From contig OY829846.1 of the NCBI GenBank assembly GCA_963691875.1, positions 2,912,001 to 2,976,000 of the forward strand: a stretch of 64,000 nt of DNA. Direction: 5' to 3'. The stretch is from Aureliella sp. Lineage in GTDB: Bacteria > Planctomycetota > Planctomycetia > Pirellulales > Pirellulaceae. Below, in pieces: positions 29,517-39,897 of the stretch. Each line of letters begins with the position of its first letter. Within the stretch, counting starts at the first letter, position 1. A model generated the notes under the pieces. It was not told the DNA's origin, made no database searches, and saw nothing but the letters and a program-made list of their open reading frames with translations. Position numbers and translations under genes: made by a program.

Positions 29517-30922
29517 ATGGTCATGCGACGAAGAACTTTCCTAGGCCTTTCAACTGCTGGCTGCTTTTTCCGCCACAGGTCCCGGGCAGCTGCGCGGCAG
29601 CTTGATCGGTTTGGTGGATGGAAAGCGAAACGGTTTCGTGCGACAGGGTTCTTTCGCATCGAAAAAGAAGAGCGATGGTGGCTGGTCACACCGGATGGCC
29701 ATGCTTTCCTGCGCTGGGGGATCAACCATCTATACCCAGACCTTTGGAAGCAGGAATACAATCGTGAGGCCTGGAAGAAGACGCTCGGCATGGAGAAGCT
29801 TAGCGGCCCGCCTTCGACACTGCCCTTCGAGATTGGTTTCTAAGGATTAGCGAACGGCTAGGCTTCAACACGGTTGGCGTGCACAACCGGCTAGAAATCG
29901 CGAACCGACCCAGCCCGGCAATGGCCTACATGCAGCCTATTCACTTTGTGGACACTCCGCATTGGAAAAAAGATGTTCTAGATGACAACTTCGTCGACAT
30001 AGTCGCACCAGCATTCGAGCAGCGTTGCGACGCTTTGGCGAGGAAACTAGCCGCTCCAATCAAGGATGAACCTTTCTTGCTTGGCTACACAATGACAGAT
30101 TGCACCATGTTCACGGAGGAGGATCTACGAGAACGACCTGATGTCATCGGAGGAGCACGGCGACCGAGCAGAATTGGCTGGCCTCGAAGACTGAGAAACC
30201 TGCCCGGCAGCGCCCCCGGCAAACAGGCATATGTCGAAACAATGAAAAACCTCTACCGCGAGCGCATTGAAGACTTTGACTCAACATACAAGACTGAGTT
30301 TACAAGCTTCAGCCAGTTGACCGAAACTCAGAATTGGCAACCTCAGACACAACTGTCCAACGCCAACGAGACGCGTGACAACATAGAGTTTCTGCAGCGA
30401 TGCGTGGCCAAATACTATGAAACCGCACTTGCCGCCATCCGGCACTACGACAAGAACCACATGTTTTTTGGTGATAAACTCAATGCCAACACAGACTCAA
30501 TTGATACCGTCTTACCCATTACGAGCCAATTCACCGATGTAATCTTCTATCAAATGTACGGAGGTTACGAAGTACAAAAGCCTGGACTGGATCGATGGAG
30601 TGCCTTGGTAGACAAGCCAATTATCAACGGCGACTCAGCATTCACTATGATGACTGATACGATGCCGCGCCCCTACGGACCCATCGCAGACAACCTTGAG
30701 CAAAGAGCCCAATGGACAGCAGAGTTTTTCCTTCGAGCATTTGCACGTAGCGAGTTTGTCGGCTGGCATTATTGCGGACTGATTAATGCATCCAGTTCAG
30801 TGCCTCGCAAAGCAGACCGTCAGCATTCAGGCTTGCTGGACGGCTTCGGCAAACCCTACCCGAAGCTCGAAGCCACACTCAAGCAGTGCTCGCAAGCCAT
30901 GTATACTGAAGCCAAACGCTAG
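29517..30922 (+). pseudogene. Frameshifted Tat-exported glycoside hydrolase, beta-agarase-like (clan GH-A)
   Basis: Frame A: MRRRTFLG...DRFGGW...ATGFFRIEK..RWWLVTPDGHAFL..GINH. Frame B from 29810: AFDTALRDWFLRISERLGFNTVG..., continuing into ORF 29879..30922. The shift is confined to 29804..29843. Could be a sequencing error. Confidence 0.7.
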
Positions 30923-30963
30923 CCACTTTCTTGGTAAGCACCTTTGAAGAAAGAAATACCTGA

Positions 30964-32529
30964 ATGAAACTCAAGCTCACGTCTTACCTCCTTCTCGTCG
31001 TCTTGTCGGCTCAAGTTTTGCTTTCCGCCGACGTGGTGCCAGTACCGAAAGAAGTTATTGCTACAACAGCAGCAGACGCCAAGCCACGGAATGTAGTTTT
31101 CATTCTGTCCGATGATCATCGATATGATGCGATGAGCTTCATGGGACATCCCTTCGCCAAGACGCCACACATGGATGCGATGGCCACCAACGGAGTGCAC
31201 TTAAAAAACGCGTTTGTAACGACATCACTTTGCTCGCCGTCCCGGGCTTCGATTTTGACAGGGCTATATACCTTCCGCCATCGCGTCATCGACAACCAGC
31301 GTCCAGTTCCACAAGGCACTTTGTTCTTCCCTCAGTATCTGCAGCAGGCGGGATACAAGACTGGCTTTATCGGCAAATGGCATATGGGACATGCCAGTGA
31401 TGAAGCTCGCCCCGGGTTCGATTACTGGTTTAGCTTCAAGGGACAAGGAAGATACTATCCACCAGCAGCTGGCAACTACACCATCAACGACAACGGCAAA
31501 CGCGTTCCCCAGGACGGCTACATCACCACACTGCTGACACGAAAAGCGATTGAATTCCTCACGCAAACCGATCGCGAACAGCCTTTCTTTTTGTATCTCT
31601 CACACAAAGCGGTGCACGGCCCGTTTACACCCGAGCCCAAATATGAAGGTACACTTGCCGATGAGCCATTCGATTTCCCTATCTCCAGCAGACAACTTAA
31701 AGACAACAGACTAAATCGACCGCGATGGCTGCTCGATCAACGCAACAGTTGGCACGGCATGGACTTCCCACTGCACACTGCCACCTCTGCGGAAGTGTTC
31801 TACAAGAGCTACTGCGAAGCACTGCGTTCTGTTGACGACAGCATCGGCGCCGTGATGAACCAACTCAAGCAGATGGACATCTATGATGACACTTTGGTGA
31901 TTTACATGGGCGACAACGGGTATATGTTCGGTGAGCATGGTTTGATCGACAAACGCGTCGCCTACGAGACATCTTCACGCGTCCCGATGCTCATGCAGTG
32001 CCCTAACTTGTTCGAAGGTGGTTCATCGGTTGAGCAAGTTGTTGCAAACATCGATATTGCACCAACAGTCATGCAAGCCATGGGATTGGAGAAACCGGCT
32101 CATATGGATGGGCAAAGTTTCATTCCGCTTGCCCAAGGAAAATCGACTCCATGGCGTGACTACTTTCTGTACTGCTATTACTGGGAGCAGAACTATCCGC
32201 AAACGCCAACCCATTTTTCCTTGCGGGGCGATCAATACAAATACACGACCTATTATGGTGTCTGGGACACCGATGAACTCTTTGATGTCCAAGCCGATCC
32301 AGACGAACAGAACAACCTGATTCATGATCCCAAATTTGCCAAGATTAAGCAGCAGATGCAGACCCGGCTTTATTCCATGATGGATGAGCTGGGCGGAATG
32401 CAGATTCCGCTCAATCCACCGCGCGGCAATCAACAGAACAAGCGTCTGAGAAGCCGCGGTGCCGAGCCAGCTGACTTTCCGGACGCTTTCATTGTCGACC
32501 AGCCATTGCGGAAAGAATTGAAGAATTAA
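30964..32529 (+). CDS. Sulfatase (formylglycine-dependent, S1 family)
   Basis: Signal peptide, 'NVVFILSDDHR', CSPSRASILTG, 'GKWH', 'GDNG..FGEHGLIDKR'. Confidence 0.95.
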   Translation: MKLKLTSYLLLVVLSAQVLLSADVVPVPKEVIATTAADAKPRNVVFILSDDHRYDAMSFMGHPFAKTPHMDAMATNGVHLKNAFVTTSLCSPSRASILTGLYTFRHRVIDNQRPVPQGTLFFPQYLQQAGYKTGFIGKWHMGHASDEARPGFDYWFSFKGQGRYYPPAAGNYTINDNGKRVPQDGYITTLLTRKAIEFLTQTDREQPFFLYLSHKAVHGPFTPEPKYEGTLADEPFDFPISSRQLKDNRLNRPRWLLDQRNSWHGMDFPLHTATSAEVFYKSYCEALRSVDDSIGAVMNQLKQMDIYDDTLVIYMGDNGYMFGEHGLIDKRVAYETSSRVPMLMQCPNLFEGGSSVEQVVANIDIAPTVMQAMGLEKPAHMDGQSFIPLAQGKSTPWRDYFLYCYYWEQNYPQTPTHFSLRGDQYKYTTYYGVWDTDELFDVQADPDEQNNLIHDPKFAKIKQQMQTRLYSMMDELGGMQIPLNPPRGNQQNKRLRSRGAEPADFPDAFIVDQPLRKELKN

Positions 32530-32702
32530 CGCTGCTTGTTCTCTTTCGCGGCTTCTCCGCTTTCGGTTTAGTGGGCACAGGTGGTCTGCAGGCGTGACTC
32601 GAGAATTAGTCATGGCAAGAAAACGACCACGCAAGGCTGTTTGCTACCATTCGTTATCGAGACGGCGAGCTTTCGGGCAAAGACGCCGCAAGACAAGACT
32701 TC

Positions 32703-33101
32703 CTACCAGACAACTTGCTCGCCCAAAACATTCTGGTGCACAATAGCGTAAAAAGCAAAAGCAAAAAGACCAGCGGAAACAACGACTGCAAAGTAGGCGG
32801 GCAGCACGAAGGACAAAATCACCCCTCGTTTCGCCCCAGCACTTCCGGCTATAAGGCAGCCGATGGCTGCCCCCCAAAGTGGAAAAACAAAGACAGCCGC
32901 AAAGAAACTGGTGAGGATCTTCATCACGCCCAGTGAGATAGCAAGCAGCGTGGTGCTCGCCAGAATTCGCTTTGTCGTGATCCGCGATGGTTGCACCCTG
33001 AGACGAGAGACGTCCCAGTTGCCGGGAAGCATCATGTCCCAAACAGATGTTCTTTGCTGATTCATCGACACCGCCGCATCAAGTGATTCCTCGCTCGCCA
33101 T
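32703..33101 (-). CDS. Hypothetical membrane protein
   Basis: 132 aa with three hydrophobic helices. Confidence 0.55.
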   Translation of the reverse strand: MASEESLDAAVSMNQQRTSVWDMMLPGNWDVSRLRVQPSRITTKRILASTTLLAISLGVMKILTSFFAAVFVFPLWGAAIGCLIAGSAGAKRGVILSFVLPAYFAVVVSAGLFAFAFYAIVHQNVLGEQVVW

Positions 33102-33207
33102 TTTTCATTTCACTCGAAAGTGAACACATTGCAAGGATGGGCATTCTCGCTATTCGTCAGGATGCGACGAGTCTTGGGCACGAATCTCGGCCTGGAGTAT
33201 CCGAATC

Positions 33208-33924
33208 TTACAGGGCGAGCCAACTGCTCAAAGTCTGGCGGTCGGTGAGTCCAATTTTTCGCTTCACGGCCCGTCCACCCTTAAGCACAACCAAGGTTGG
33301 CAGGCGCTCAGCTTGAAATCGCTGGGCGACCTCTTTGTGCTGATCTACATCGACTTTGATGATCGTCGCCCCGAGTTGATTGGCCGTCGACTCCAATTGA
33401 TGTAGCGTCTTGCCCTGCTTGCGGCACGGCCCACACCAATCCGCGTAAAAGTCCAGAAGAACGACGCCGGGAGCTTGCTGAACAATTTGGTCAAGGCTTT
33501 CGCCAGGGCCGAGCGTATGCAACACAGGAACTCTGCGCTGAGCAACGGCGGGTTTCACATTCCGGTAAGCTGTGTTTTGAGGACTCGCCGTTTGAGCGCT
33601 AACGGGCTGAGCGCTAACGGGCTGAGCGCTAACGGGCTGAGCGCTAACGGGGCGCTGAGGCTGCTGTTGTGCAGGAAAGGATAACGCCGCTCCAACCTGA
33701 GGAGGCTGAGCCGCTGGAGTCGAATTCACTTGGTCAGTCGAAGCTTGCCCTGGCGCGTCCCACTGGCTTACTTCTCTTTCAAGCTCGGAATCTCGCGAGC
33801 CGAAAAAATTAAATCGCTCTGCGAGCCCTGATCCAGTACACCCTGAGAACAAACCTACGAACCCGAACACGACTACGGAACGCAAGATACCATTCGAGTG
33901 CATTTTGTGATAAGAGTTCGCCAT
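33208..33924 (-). CDS. Thioredoxin-domain lipoprotein
   Basis: Lipobox FSGC, Pro/Gln-rich linker, 'VLLDFYADWCGPC...KVDVD...LPTL'. Confidence 0.88.
   Translation of the reverse strand: MANSYHKMHSNGILRSVVVFGFVGLFSGCTGSGLAERFNFFGSRDSELEREVSQWDAPGQASTDQVNSTPAAQPPQVGAALSFPAQQQPQRPVSAQPVSAQPVSAQPVSAQTASPQNTAYRNVKPAVAQRRVPVLHTLGPGESLDQIVQQAPGVVLLDFYADWCGPCRKQGKTLHQLESTANQLGATIIKVDVDQHKEVAQRFQAERLPTLVVLKGGRAVKRKIGLTDRQTLSSWLAL
33593..33651. repeat. 15-bp tandem repeat (TGAGCGCTAACGGGC x ~4) encoding PVSAQ x4
   Basis: Three exact copies plus 14 of 15 nt of a fourth, read directly from the sequence. Confidence 0.95.
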
Positions 33925-34282
33925 GAGGTTTTACCTTGACTCCTAATGCGGAATGCTGTTGCTTTGGTTTACCAACTTGAGTGACAAGAAGCGCTGCTCA
34001 ACTGCGAATGCTTCTCATCCAGTGGAGTGAATAGCAAAACTTGCCCCTGGAAGGCAATTGCCTTTTGCATTCATCGGCCGCAAAATGGATTGCATTAGCG
34101 TGGAAACGAGCACTTTCACACTCGATAGGGGATGAATCGCATTCTCCGTGAGACAGTTCTCGAAACGGACCACCGACCACACACCCCGACTGCTAGCATC
34201 AGCCTTGCCACAAAGAACCGGTGAGCGACGCTTTTAGATTATTTTTACGCCGTTACACAATTGATGAGTTCAACCACTCACC

Positions 34283-36562
34283 TCAATCAGCGAGCGTCAA
34301 GTTTGCTTGCAGCCATCGATAGCACCAACGGGCCGCAGTGGATGAAGGCGAGACAAAAACCGCGTTTACTTTCGCTCCTGGCGCGACCTTCAATCTTTCT
34401 GGAATGGGCACAATCGCGGCATATCGGAAGCCCTCGCCCGGACGTGTCTGAAATTCCGGCTGAGAGCCTGCTATCCAAGTTTGCTCCACGTCTTCGAGAA
34501 GCGTAATTCGTTCAATCTGAGACATTGCAACGTCATTCGCTGCCACACCTTGCCAATCCAGACGAAGCCGAACTTCTGTTCCTGCAGCTAGATCGGCCAA
34601 CTGGGAATCGCGCAACGGAAGCACTGCTAGCGACTCGCGACTGTGAACCATGCCAAGTAAAGTTCCCTGTCGGAGCCAACGTCCCAACTGCTCATGCAGC
34701 CCCAAGCGATTGAATGCGCCCGGTGGCTTCGACATGCTGGTGTAACTGACTGGATGATAAGCTGCTTCGGCTTCTTCAGCAGGCTGGAGCATCGCACTCG
34801 TGAACACCCCTTCGTACTTAGCCGACAATTGCAGCAGCTCCAACTCGTGAAAAGCGTTGGCTGCTAGCGTGCCGCGCGTCGCGACATCGGTTTTCGCAAC
34901 TACCAGTTCCACCTCTTGCTGGTGCATGTCGCGTTCCCGCTGCAAAGCTTGCAACCGAGTCTTCGCTTGCTCAGCTGCAGCTCGGCGACGCAGATACTGA
35001 AGTTGCAAATCAGGATTCTTGAGCTGGAAGAGTCGTGTCCCCGCGCGAACCCAGCTACCATCTTCCACATAACAAGCTGCAAGTCGCGAATCCGAAGGAA
35101 TGTAGATACCGTGAGAGCGGAACGGCTGCACCCAACCAGTACTACTTCGTCGCCCTGGGATCGGCAACAAGAAAAACGTAGCCAGTAACATGGTCGCAAT
35201 AATCGCCAGGCGGAACCTAGGTCGCCAAGCGTTTGAGTATTCGCCAGTGCGTCGAACCAAGGAGCCTGCGAAGCGGACAAGTGGTGCAATTATCATGGCC
35301 GCAATGACAACGACCGCAAGGGTTCGTCCGATCCACACCAACTGCCAACGGCTGTAGATCATCACCAGAATGCCTGCGATGGTACTCGCAAGAAGAACTC
35401 GATAAGTCCAGCAAGAAAAAGCGAAGAGCACATACCCCCACTCTTTGGCAGCTACGGAATCCGGCGACGCTGGCTCATTTCGCTTTGGCCCAAGTAACCA
35501 ACTTTGCAGAGCATTCGAACCAGCGTCATCAGCTCTTCGCCGCAAGTTGGCTTGATCAATCCAGTCCGCCAGAATGTAGTAGCCATCGAAGCGCATCAAT
35601 GGGTTTGCATTCACTACAAGTGTACTGAGAGAGCATACCGTGATGATATGTAGGGCGACGGTATTTGCAGCTCCATCTCGGGTGTAGCACCAAACCCAAA
35701 ACGCAATCGCTGCAACGACAAGTTCCACGTAGATTCCGGCTGCAGCGATGGCCGCGCGCTGCCAGCGTTTCTTGAGTTTCCAACTTTCACTCACATCGCA
35801 GTACACGCAGGGTGTACCAAGAATCATCAACAAACCAATATCAGGGCAGCGAACTCCGAATCGCTTGCATGCGAAGGCGTGACCAAGTTCGTGCAGTGCT
35901 CTTGTCACAACGAAGACAATAAAGAGCAATCCAAAACTCTGCGGCTGCATCCACATTTGCCAGCTCATTCCCTGTGCCAGCAATCGATCGAAGTTGAGTA
36001 ACGCGGCGATGGCGGAGAACACCGTGAAGCCGGACCAAAACAGTGCGGCTCGCCTACTAAACAGGACATCCAGCGATCGTGACCATCGCTCGAGCCAAGC
36101 GTCCGCATTGATTCCAGGCAGCCTCCAAACTGTAATGGTTTGAATTGCTTTCGCCCAATGACTCCGACTAGCTCGTAGCCTTGGCGAGTCCGAATCACCG
36201 AAGCCAGAGACCAAAGTGTTTTGCCAGAATCGAGTGAGCTGCATTATCAACCATTGCGGCTCTGAGCAAATCGTCGGGTACTGTGCCCTCATGGCATGGT
36301 AGATTTGCGAAACCGTGCTCTTGCCATCGCAATGCTTTAGCAAGGCATACTCGACTTCTCCAATTCGGATGGTCTTGCGCGTCGCTGGATCAAAGACGAT
36401 CCAGCGCTGTGCCGATTCGTCGTGCGTGAACTGCAGTTCGGCTCTGGCTGATGGTCGTTGCTCCAACAGCTCAACCGATGAATTCGCACGCTGCTGCGAC
36501 GACTCACCTGCGGCGCGCTGAGACTCATTGAGATCATGAGCTGTGAGAGAGATGCCATCCAT
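34283..36562 (-). CDS. M50 (site-2 protease-like) membrane protein with PqqD-like N-terminus and HlyD-like C-terminus
   Basis: 'IVFDPATRKTIRIGEVEYALLKHCDGKSTVSQI', HELGH, 'IAAAGIYVEL', 'NANPLMRFDGYYILAD', then lipoyl-like 'VEDGSWVRAGTRLF' and a coiled coil. Confidence 0.85.
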   Translation of the reverse strand: MDGISLTAHDLNESQRAAGESSQQRANSSVELLEQRPSARAELQFTHDESAQRWIVFDPATRKTIRIGEVEYALLKHCDGKSTVSQIYHAMRAQYPTICSEPQWLIMQLTRFWQNTLVSGFGDSDSPRLRASRSHWAKAIQTITVWRLPGINADAWLERWSRSLDVLFSRRAALFWSGFTVFSAIAALLNFDRLLAQGMSWQMWMQPQSFGLLFIVFVVTRALHELGHAFACKRFGVRCPDIGLLMILGTPCVYCDVSESWKLKKRWQRAAIAAAGIYVELVVAAIAFWVWCYTRDGAANTVALHIITVCSLSTLVVNANPLMRFDGYYILADWIDQANLRRRADDAGSNALQSWLLGPKRNEPASPDSVAAKEWGYVLFAFSCWTYRVLLASTIAGILVMIYSRWQLVWIGRTLAVVVIAAMIIAPLVRFAGSLVRRTGEYSNAWRPRFRLAIIATMLLATFFLLPIPGRRSSTGWVQPFRSHGIYIPSDSRLAACYVEDGSWVRAGTRLFQLKNPDLQLQYLRRRAAAEQAKTRLQALQRERDMHQQEVELVVAKTDVATRGTLAANAFHELELLQLSAKYEGVFTSAMLQPAEEAEAAYHPVSYTSMSKPPGAFNRLGLHEQLGRWLRQGTLLGMVHSRESLAVLPLRDSQLADLAAGTEVRLRLDWQGVAANDVAMSQIERITLLEDVEQTWIAGSQPEFQTRPGEGFRYAAIVPIPERLKVAPGAKVNAVFVSPSSTAARWCYRWLQANLTLAD

Positions 36563-36595
36563 GACGTCGATTACTCGAACTTGGTTCCGCCGTTC

Positions 36596-37594
36596 TTAAT
36601 TGATTTCAGAACGAATTATTGTTGCTCGGGTAGAGACAGTCTGCTCTGAGCCACGGACGTTGATCTTTTCGAAGTCAATGTCCTGCCCACTCTTGAGAAA
36701 GACTTTGACATTCATTCCAGGCAATAAGAGCCAACTGCCATCAACCTGACGATTTTGAACGCGAATATGAATCCGCGAGAGCCCTTTCGCACTGACCTCA
36801 TGGTCATAAGAAGCGACTTCGCCCTGAACTACCACGGTTTTCCGGCTGCGATTATCTACGAATTGCACCCTGACCTCCGCTCCTAACAAATCATGCAACT
36901 TGAAAGCGTCGATCGGGATTGAACGATCGATTACTAGGCGCGACAGATCCGTGATTTGCAATATTGGCTCGCCCGCTTGGACCCATTGTCCCGAGTGCTT
37001 ATAGCGTTTCGAGACAACGCCTGAAAGCGGCGCCGTGACGCTCCTTCGCTTCAAAGAGATTTTTGCCGCCTCTAAACTAGCTGCCTTGAGCTGGGCGTCG
37101 ACCGCAGCGCGTTGCTGAGAATGCTTTGCTCGAACCAATGCAACTTTTGCTTGTTCCCAAGCTAGTTTTTTTTGCCGAAGCTCGCTGTCGCTGAAGCGTG
37201 TGGCTATCTTCTCATAATTACGATACTCCTCTTCTCGTTGCTCCATCGCAAACTGATGAAATTCGATGTCGGAGTTATCCGTGGCGAGCGCCTTGGCTGA
37301 TAGGAGTTCGTATTGTGCCAGCCGCTGCGAGAGCTGCGCAATGTCCTCTTCTAGTCGCGCAAGAACCGCGTCCTCCTGAACCGCCTGGTTCTGATCTACG
37401 TCCACGGAAGACAGCAGACCGCTTTCCAAAGCAGGCACGTCCACAACTCGCTCCGCTCGGACTGGGCAATTTTCAAAGGCTTGCCACCCTGGCGGAAGCG
37501 AACTTTCGCTCTGTCCACCTGCCAACGACTGTAGCCAACCGAGACTGACCAGAAAGGCTCCGAAAACGAGACGTGATTTCAGTGCAACCAACAT
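36596..37594 (-). CDS. HlyD/RND periplasmic adaptor (membrane fusion protein)
   Basis: Signal peptide, 'VPALESGLL..V...V...AVLARL', coiled coil, 'VTAPLSGVV...GQWVQAGEPIL', 'LLPGMNV'. Confidence 0.88.
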   Translation of the reverse strand: MLVALKSRLVFGAFLVSLGWLQSLAGGQSESSLPPGWQAFENCPVRAERVVDVPALESGLLSSVDVDQNQAVQEDAVLARLEEDIAQLSQRLAQYELLSAKALATDNSDIEFHQFAMEQREEEYRNYEKIATRFSDSELRQKKLAWEQAKVALVRAKHSQQRAAVDAQLKAASLEAAKISLKRRSVTAPLSGVVSKRYKHSGQWVQAGEPILQITDLSRLVIDRSIPIDAFKLHDLLGAEVRVQFVDNRSRKTVVVQGEVASYDHEVSAKGLSRIHIRVQNRQVDGSWLLLPGMNVKVFLKSGQDIDFEKINVRGSEQTVSTRATIIRSEIN

Positions 37595-37602
37595 GGAACT
37601 TG

Positions 37603-39777
37603 TTACCGATAGAGGAGAAAGCGAGTGCGAATCGCCCAGTATGCATCACGAATCACGAGCCAGTAGACCGGGACCGTACCACAATCAATGGTCGCATTCG
37701 CGACCGCTCCGTCCTTGCGAATCGGTAGCTGTGATGCTTCCAAACTTGCCTCCCCATAAAGGACTGCAGCGTTGGTTTCACCCGAGACGATCTGCGAAGC
37801 AAGCCTCTCCAACCTAGCTTCCAGGGCCTGATCAGGATGGCTTAACAGCGAGAATCGCACCTTCGGCTTGGAACTGTCATCCCGTAGATTCGCCATAACC
37901 AGACCAATCCGATTTTGAGGCACTGCGACCTGCAAACGCCAGGGGCCGGATGGGTCATACGTCGTAGCCAGTAGCTGACCAGCCTTTACGGGACGCTTGT
38001 ATAGGCGATTGGCCAGATCCCAGGTTGAAACCTTACCGGAGCCCAAAGCAAAGACCTGTAGATCTTTCTGGCTCTGGGCAAGTACCTGCACCTGTTGGTT
38101 GAGGGAGCTTTGCAAACTGACAAGTTGCCCAAGCTGGGCCTCCATCCGGTCTCGTTCCAAAGCTGTAATAGACTTATCGCGGGCCAGCCTGTTTTCCAAC
38201 TCTTCAATCCGGTGGTGTGCTAGCTCATGTTCACCCAGTAATGATTCGACTTGGCTGTCAAGCTTTCGACTCCGAAGACTCAGCAGCGGTTGCTGATCGT
38301 CGACAACTTCGCCTTCGTGTACATAAACATTTTCAACAAAAGCGTCCATCGGCGCGTAATAGGCATACTTGTTCACAGGTTGCAGCACCGCCTGCACTTG
38401 AACTTGCTGCGGCATCGGAAAAAATCCAACACAGGCAACCAAGACTGCAGCCACCGCCCACATCGCAATGCGACGAAGCTGCCCACCAGAGGACTTAGCC
38501 TTCGGTTGCAGCCAAGAGTTCGTTCGAGGCGCTGCCGCCAGTGCAGCTGAGGCATCGAGCAGCTCGAGCGTCCTTGTCGTCTTCAGTGGCGATATTTGAT
38601 CGACTCCCGCATTGGCGAGAGCTGCGGTCTGTTCGGCATCAAAGCACAGAAGCCAGGAATGCAGCGGTGATTCAGGGGAGTCGTAGACTGCCAGCGAACG
38701 ACAGTGCAGCAGATCGCAAACTGAATCGATTGCCTGTTGGTCTGTTGCAGCCAGGAGCTGTTTGGGGTTCAGGGCCGAGTCTCGTTCCTCTAAAACTCGA
38801 CGATCGGAAGCGTAGAAAAACTGGATGGAGCGGCTGTTCTTCTCGGAGGGCTGCAGAGACTTGTCGAGCAATGGAGTAAGAGCCACGATCTGCTCGGCCA
38901 CTTCACTTCGCGGATCAAGTTCATCCAGGTGAGAAGCAGCGAGCACCTTGGGACGCTGCAGCGGCCAACTCGCGAGTTGTAGCCAGTAGGCTTGTTGGGC
39001 ATGCAGTGTTTCGCAAAGCCCACTTACTGCAATTCGAGACCGCAAGCGAGCATCACGACACTGTAGTGCCTCGCAGATCCATTTCTCGGTCTTGTCTGCC
39101 AGCTCTTGACGCTTAGTCAGTTCCTTGACCAGTTGACGGCGAAGATAGTCCGCGAGTAAGTCCGCCATTTGCGCAAGGAATCGCAGATAACCTCGTTGCG
39201 CTGCTGGTCCACCACAAGCAGTTTGAACAACCTCTACCAAGCACTCCACTTCGCCTTCGAGTGTCACAGGAACGATCACCAGCGCTTCGTTCGTTGGATT
39301 ACTCGGGCGCTCTGCATCTACCGCAACTGCTTGCGGCGGAATGAGAATGGGTTGCCTCTCGCGTACCACGCTTTCTAGAATTCTAGCGTGTTCTTTTGAC
39401 GCTTCGCCGGAATCAGTAAGTAGTTCCAACGGCATTTGATAATGCGCGCGTGACTGGAACGAATGCGTTGGTGCCGCAACGGTGTCGGCCTGACCCGCCC
39501 CAGCCGAGCAGTTTCGAGGACTATTCCATACAGCTGCACCCGAGGCCCCCATTGCCAGGGTAAGTTTCGTCAGAAATCCTTGAAAAAAGTCTCCCCTCGA
39601 TAGATCCGAGTGCGCTAGCTGCGCGATCTCGGCCGAAAGCTTTCGAATTTCAGTTTTGGTTTGCTTCACGTGAGGGGCATCAAGCGAAGCCACATTGGGC
39701 AAGCCATCGATGGGCCCCGACGAGAGTAACCGGTCAGCGCTTGCTGTAAAGGTTCTGATTGGATCGATCGTTGACAA
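37603..39777 (-). CDS. GAF-like domain plus HlyD-like adaptor protein
   Basis: N-terminal GAF-like region ('FFQGFL...GAAVW...LVIVPV...QRGYLRFLAQMADL'), TM helix, 'APMDAFVENVYVHEGEVV', coiled coil, beta-barrel. Confidence 0.8.
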   Translation of the reverse strand: MSTIDPIRTFTASADRLLSSGPIDGLPNVASLDAPHVKQTKTEIRKLSAEIAQLAHSDLSRGDFFQGFLTKLTLAMGASGAAVWNSPRNCSAGAGQADTVAAPTHSFQSRAHYQMPLELLTDSGEASKEHARILESVVRERQPILIPPQAVAVDAERPSNPTNEALVIVPVTLEGEVECLVEVVQTACGGPAAQRGYLRFLAQMADLLADYLRRQLVKELTKRQELADKTEKWICEALQCRDARLRSRIAVSGLCETLHAQQAYWLQLASWPLQRPKVLAASHLDELDPRSEVAEQIVALTPLLDKSLQPSEKNSRSIQFFYASDRRVLEERDSALNPKQLLAATDQQAIDSVCDLLHCRSLAVYDSPESPLHSWLLCFDAEQTAALANAGVDQISPLKTTRTLELLDASAALAAAPRTNSWLQPKAKSSGGQLRRIAMWAVAAVLVACVGFFPMPQQVQVQAVLQPVNKYAYYAPMDAFVENVYVHEGEVVDDQQPLLSLRSRKLDSQVESLLGEHELAHHRIEELENRLARDKSITALERDRMEAQLGQLVSLQSSLNQQVQVLAQSQKDLQVFALGSGKVSTWDLANRLYKRPVKAGQLLATTYDPSGPWRLQVAVPQNRIGLVMANLRDDSSKPKVRFSLLSHPDQALEARLERLASQIVSGETNAAVLYGEASLEASQLPIRKDGAVANATIDCGTVPVYWLVIRDAYWAIRTRFLLYR

Positions 39778-39897
39778 TCCGTTACACCTTGACCGCCAAA
39801 CTCGAAACTCATCTTATTGAAGCCACCAGCGCTTCTGGCGAACGGCAACAGCTGTGACGACTCAACCAGCCCCGCTCGAAACGGAATGCGCGAGGAA

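Noticed and set aside
33593..33651. CRISPR array
   Set aside because: Head-to-tail 15-bp units without spacers, inside a coding region, and no cas genes.
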